A DNA stretch of 64,000 nucleotides, taken from NCBI GenBank assembly GCA_964453655.1, contig CAYVSP010000001.1, positions 645 through 64,644 on the forward strand. Reading direction: 5' to 3'. Of this stretch, positions 60,366 through 64,000 are shown one piece after another. The notes under the pieces are model-generated. The model was not told where the DNA came from and did no database searches. It was given only the letters and a program-made list of their open reading frames with translations. The position numbers and the translations under genes were made by a program. The stretch comes from an uncultured Candidatus Saccharibacteria bacterium (lineage in GTDB: Bacteria; Patescibacteriota; Saccharimonadia; Saccharimonadales; CAYVSP01). The first letter of the stretch is position 1, and the number at the start of each line of letters is the position of its first letter.

Positions 60366-60603
60366 TACGTTAATTATACACTATTTATCGTCCATACGCA
60401 AGCATAAGACTTGCGCTTCTTCTAACAGATATGCTACACTTTCAGATTGTTATTAGTTGTAATGGAAAGGGCGGCAATAAAAAATGTATAAGTTTATTTC
60501 AACATGCTCTAGCGCCGTCCAACCGGCTCTCTAGCTCCTTAATAAAAATCCTTAATCGTTAAAAGTTACTAAAGTATAAGCCGCTGCAGGAGGCAGCGCG
60601 CTC

Positions 60604-62382
60604 ATGAAATCACATTCTACAACTTCTCAAACCTTACGGCTGTATTGGCACCATATGTGGCGATATCCTTTTTACGTCCTCGGTATTCTATTTGTGACCC
60701 CCCTTTCGATTTTGTCTGAACAGTATCTGAGCGTCTTGGTTCTAGCTGGCGTACTGGATCGTCTAGCAAAGGGAAACTTCACGCCACATAATCTTTGGGG
60801 AGATTTTGGCACAAGTATTTTGGTCTATGCGGCTCTGATGATTATTGGCACGGTAGGCTGGCGAGTTATTGATGCTTTTAACTGGCGCCTTGAAGCCGGT
60901 GTAGAACGTGACATCGCCCGGCGCGTTTATAGTCACCTGCTTGATCAAAGCGCTAATTTCCATGCTAACCGTTTTGGAGGCTCGCTCGTATCCCAGACTA
61001 ATAAACTTATGGGCAGCTACATTCGCTTTGCCGATACTACCATCTACCAAGTCCTTCAACTGTTAACTGGCTTGATTTTTACGGTTATCCTGTTGGCTCC
61101 AAAAGTTCCTTTGTTTGTTTTACTGCTGGTGATTTTTTCTCTCACTTACATTATTAGTGGCTTTTTTGTGACCCGTAAAGTCCGCTACCTGAGTTCCGTG
61201 CAGGCCAGCCTTGAAAGCAAACAAACCGGTTATTTAGCCGATAGCGTTACTAATATTATGGCTATTAAAAGTTTCGCTGGCGGCCGCTATGAGCGAAATC
61301 GCTTTGCCAAAATTACAGACGTGTCACAAGAAGGCACCTTTGCGGTCATGCGCGCCAGCCAGAAACAAATGGCTTACTTTAGCGTGATGAACCGGATTAT
61401 TCTAATAATTGCCTTACTAATGGCAATTGTTAGCGTTACACTGTTCAACGTCAATATTGGGATTGTCTTCTTAATTTTCAGCTACACCGGTAATTTAGTC
61501 GGACAGCTTTGGACCTTTTGCAATAATAGTCTTAAAAACTACAACCGCTCGTTTGGTGACGCCGCTGATATGACTAAAATATTACAAATCGAACCTGAAA
61601 TAAAAAATCCATTGCATCCTGAAAAACCATCCATAAAGAATGGCGGGATTGTTTTCAAGAATGTCGAGTTCACCCACCAGGACGCCGGTGAAACACTATT
61701 CCATAACTTGAATATTGAGATTCCGGGCGGCCAGAAAGTCGGGCTTGTCGGGCATTCTGGTTCAGGTAAGACCACTTTTAATAGACTCTTACTCAGATTC
61801 AGCGATATTGATGGCGGTGAAATCCTAATAGATGGCCAAAACATTGCCCATCTTACTCAGGATGACCTGCATGAGCATATTGCCTATGTCCCCCAAGAGC
61901 CGATTATGTTCCACAGAACTCTGGCGGAAAACATTCGCTATGGCCGTTCAAAAGCTTCTGACCATGAGGTTCTGGCGGCCGCTAAAGCGGCCCATGCCGA
62001 TGAGTTCATTAAAAAGCTGCCTCAAGGCTACGAAACGCTGGTTGGCGAAAGAGGCGTAAAACTTTCCGGCGGACAACGCCAGCGCATTGCGATAGCCCGC
62101 GCCATGATTAAAGATGCCCCCATTTTGGTATTAGATGAAGCTACCAGTGCCTTAGACTCTGAGAGTGAGTTGCTGATTCAGCAAGCACTTTGGGAACTTA
62201 TGGAAGGCCGCACCGCGATTGTAATAGCCCACCGATTAAGTACAGTCCAAAAAATGGATCGTATTGTGGTATTGGAAGACGGTAAAATTGCTGAGGAAGG
62301 CACACACAAAGAATTGCTATCAAGAGATGGCGTCTATGCTGGCTTATGGGCCCATCAGTCCGGAGGTTTTTTGGAAGAGTAG
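60604..62382 (+). CDS. ABC exporter, fused permease/ATPase
   Basis: TM domain, GHSGSGKT, LSGGQRQR, LDEATSALD; AGGAGG RBS. Confidence 0.95.
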   Translation: MKSHSTTSQTLRLYWHHMWRYPFYVLGILFVTPLSILSEQYLSVLVLAGVLDRLAKGNFTPHNLWGDFGTSILVYAALMIIGTVGWRVIDAFNWRLEAGVERDIARRVYSHLLDQSANFHANRFGGSLVSQTNKLMGSYIRFADTTIYQVLQLLTGLIFTVILLAPKVPLFVLLLVIFSLTYIISGFFVTRKVRYLSSVQASLESKQTGYLADSVTNIMAIKSFAGGRYERNRFAKITDVSQEGTFAVMRASQKQMAYFSVMNRIILIIALLMAIVSVTLFNVNIGIVFLIFSYTGNLVGQLWTFCNNSLKNYNRSFGDAADMTKILQIEPEIKNPLHPEKPSIKNGGIVFKNVEFTHQDAGETLFHNLNIEIPGGQKVGLVGHSGSGKTTFNRLLLRFSDIDGGEILIDGQNIAHLTQDDLHEHIAYVPQEPIMFHRTLAENIRYGRSKASDHEVLAAAKAAHADEFIKKLPQGYETLVGERGVKLSGGQRQRIAIARAMIKDAPILVLDEATSALDSESELLIQQALWELMEGRTAIVIAHRLSTVQKMDRIVVLEDGKIAEEGTHKELLSRDGVYAGLWAHQSGGFLEE

Positions 62383-62384
62383 AG

Positions 62385-63062
62385 CTACTCTTCTTCGCCA
62401 GATTCTTTTTTAGAATCGTCGGCCGCTTCTGCCGACTCTTCGCCAGCCTCGACGCTAGCACCTTCTTCACCTTCAGTTTCTTCTTCAACTTCTGGTTCTT
62501 CTTCTTGGATACGAGGTTCTTCAACCACTGCAATCATCTGCTCTGGATCGTCTTTAATGGTTACGCCATCCGGAATACCTAAATCAGCAACAGTTACACG
62601 ATCACCAATTTCTGCCAATCTGGAGCCTTCAATGATTAGTTCATCCGGCAAGTCTTTAGGTAATGCTTCAACTGTTACGTGATCAAGCGTTTTCAGCACC
62701 ATGAGGTTGGCCATTTCAGCCGGTATATCGCCAATAATCATAATTGGCACTTCTGCCTCCACGGCTTCGTTTTGATTAATAGCGTTAAAAACAACGTGAC
62801 GCAATTGATGCTTTTTTGGATCAAAGTCAACGTCTTTAATAAGCGCCAGATGTTCTATACTGCCAACTTTTAGAGAGACGGGGTGATGCTTGCCGGCGAT
62901 TTGATAAGCTTTAACGACTTCCAGATAAGGAGCCATCACATGCAAAGATTCTTTGCCATGATCGTGAATAACAGCCGGCACCTTGCCTTCTCGGCGCAGG
63001 TGTTTGACAGCTTTTCCTAATACCTCTCGCTTTTCGAGAGTAAGTGTTATGTCTTCAGACAC
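62385..63062 (-). CDS. rplY: 50S ribosomal protein L25/Ctc
   Basis: R...GK....LRREGKVPAVI, long form with acidic tail. Confidence 0.93.
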   Translation of the reverse strand: MSEDITLTLEKREVLGKAVKHLRREGKVPAVIHDHGKESLHVMAPYLEVVKAYQIAGKHHPVSLKVGSIEHLALIKDVDFDPKKHQLRHVVFNAINQNEAVEAEVPIMIIGDIPAEMANLMVLKTLDHVTVEALPKDLPDELIIEGSRLAEIGDRVTVADLGIPDGVTIKDDPEQMIAVVEEPRIQEEEPEVEEETEGEEGASVEAGEESAEAADDSKKESGEEE

Positions 63063-63141
63063 TAATTATCTCCTTGCTTTAGCGATTATTGTACCAATTT
63101 TTACTGGATAATTAAAGAGTAAAAAGGTAGTCTGGAGTGGT

Positions 63142-63741
63142 ATGCCTGATGTCCAGCATCTTATAGAAAGCGGTGGGTTGCTCCTTGTTACGGGGATTAT
63201 CTTTGCTGAATCCGGTCTGTTGCTAGGTTTTTTTCTGCCCGGCGACACCCTACTATTCAGCGCCGGCTTTTTTGCAGCTCAAGGCAAATTGCATCTTGGT
63301 CTACTCCTTTTATTTGTTGTACTAGCGGCCATTGCCGGTTATTACGTGGGCTATCATATTGGCAAGAAATTTGGACCGAGCCTATTTAACAAACCTAACG
63401 GGGTTCTCTTTCGTCAAGAATACTTGAAGCGATCCGAAGAATTCTACAAAAAGCACGGCGGTAAGACCATTTTTCTCTCCCGTTTCGTGCCAATAGTTCG
63501 CACTTTTGCCCCTATCGTAGCCGGGATGGGTAACATGGATTTAAAACGCTTTAATATGTTCAATATTCTAGGCGGTATTGTCTGGGGTGTTGGCGTAACC
63601 CTACTGGGCTATTCACTGGGTAGTCGTATTCCAAATATTGATCATTACCTCATGCCAATTATACTGGCTGTCATGATTATCAGCTTTGGTCCAACCCTTT
63701 ATCACCTCACTAAAAGTGTTTTTGAAAAGAAAAAAAGCTAG
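63142..63741 (+). CDS. DedA family protein
   Basis: FAESG..GFFLPGD, RFVPIVRTFAP. Confidence 0.93.
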   Translation: MPDVQHLIESGGLLLVTGIIFAESGLLLGFFLPGDTLLFSAGFFAAQGKLHLGLLLLFVVLAAIAGYYVGYHIGKKFGPSLFNKPNGVLFRQEYLKRSEEFYKKHGGKTIFLSRFVPIVRTFAPIVAGMGNMDLKRFNMFNILGGIVWGVGVTLLGYSLGSRIPNIDHYLMPIILAVMIISFGPTLYHLTKSVFEKKKS

Positions 63742-64000
63742 GCTGCTTCGAGTTCGTAGTAATAACTTTCAGCATATTTCCATATATCGCTTGGCCAATC
63801 GCTCAAAAGTGGTGGCCGAACCAGCTTGAGATATGGTGGTTCAACGGTTTTGTTTATAAGAGCATAGGCGGCCTTTACTCCGATATCACATTTTCTAACC
63901 CACGCTTCTTTTAACTCTTGTAATGCGTTTTGGCTAGCTCTTACTAGCAACCGTGCCACCTGCGGGCGAGTTGGTTGCACACTAAAATAACTATCGTGTT
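63738..64000 (-). CDS. Hypothetical protein, 3' part (probably begins beyond window end)
   Basis: Open frame ending at 63738. Confidence 0.35.
   Translation of the reverse strand, partial: HDSYFSVQPTRPQVARLLVRASQNALQELKEAWVRKCDIGVKAAYALINKTVEPPYLKLVRPPLLSDWPSDIWKYAESYYYELEAA

Overview
Gene-dense 64 kb chromosomal segment from a Patescibacteria (CPR) bacterium, most likely Candidatus Saccharibacteria (TM7). This is inferred from protein style, rpsP-khpA-trmD with no rimM, a Cys-free L32, and the cyo + NDH-2 + Ni-SOD set; TGA is used as a stop codon. It holds housekeeping genes (leuS, ligA, rnc, nusB, trmD, rpsP, rpmF, rplY, uvrC, secG, pepP, htpX/lemA), a cell-wall operon (Mur ligase-hydrolase-DegT-FemAB), an ~11 kb aerobic-lifestyle cluster (cyoABCD/cyoE, DoxX, FAD oxidase, NDH-2, sodN/sodX), 10 tRNA genes and many orphan ORFs. 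No integrase, transposase, phage, rRNA or CRISPR array was seen. The most striking signals are non-coding. (1) A four-copy, 111-112 nt two-hairpin element with compensatory base changes; three copies abut a CCA end exactly. (2) One copy follows a 35-nt alanine minihelix (G3:U70, A73, CCA) that has its own promoter-like motif and lies near a FemAB operon. (3) Another copy follows a ~75-nt RNA displaying T-box-like UGGN motifs. (4) An orphan sRNA with three GNRA hairpins, a consensus promoter and a terminator. (5) tRNA-Cys and tRNA-Gly with covarying non-canonical elbow contacts. In the coding part, the bo3-type oxidase appears to lack both K-channel residues while keeping the D-channel, and CyoD carries a fused cupredoxin-like domain. 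All calls come from reading the sequence by eye; no database search was run.
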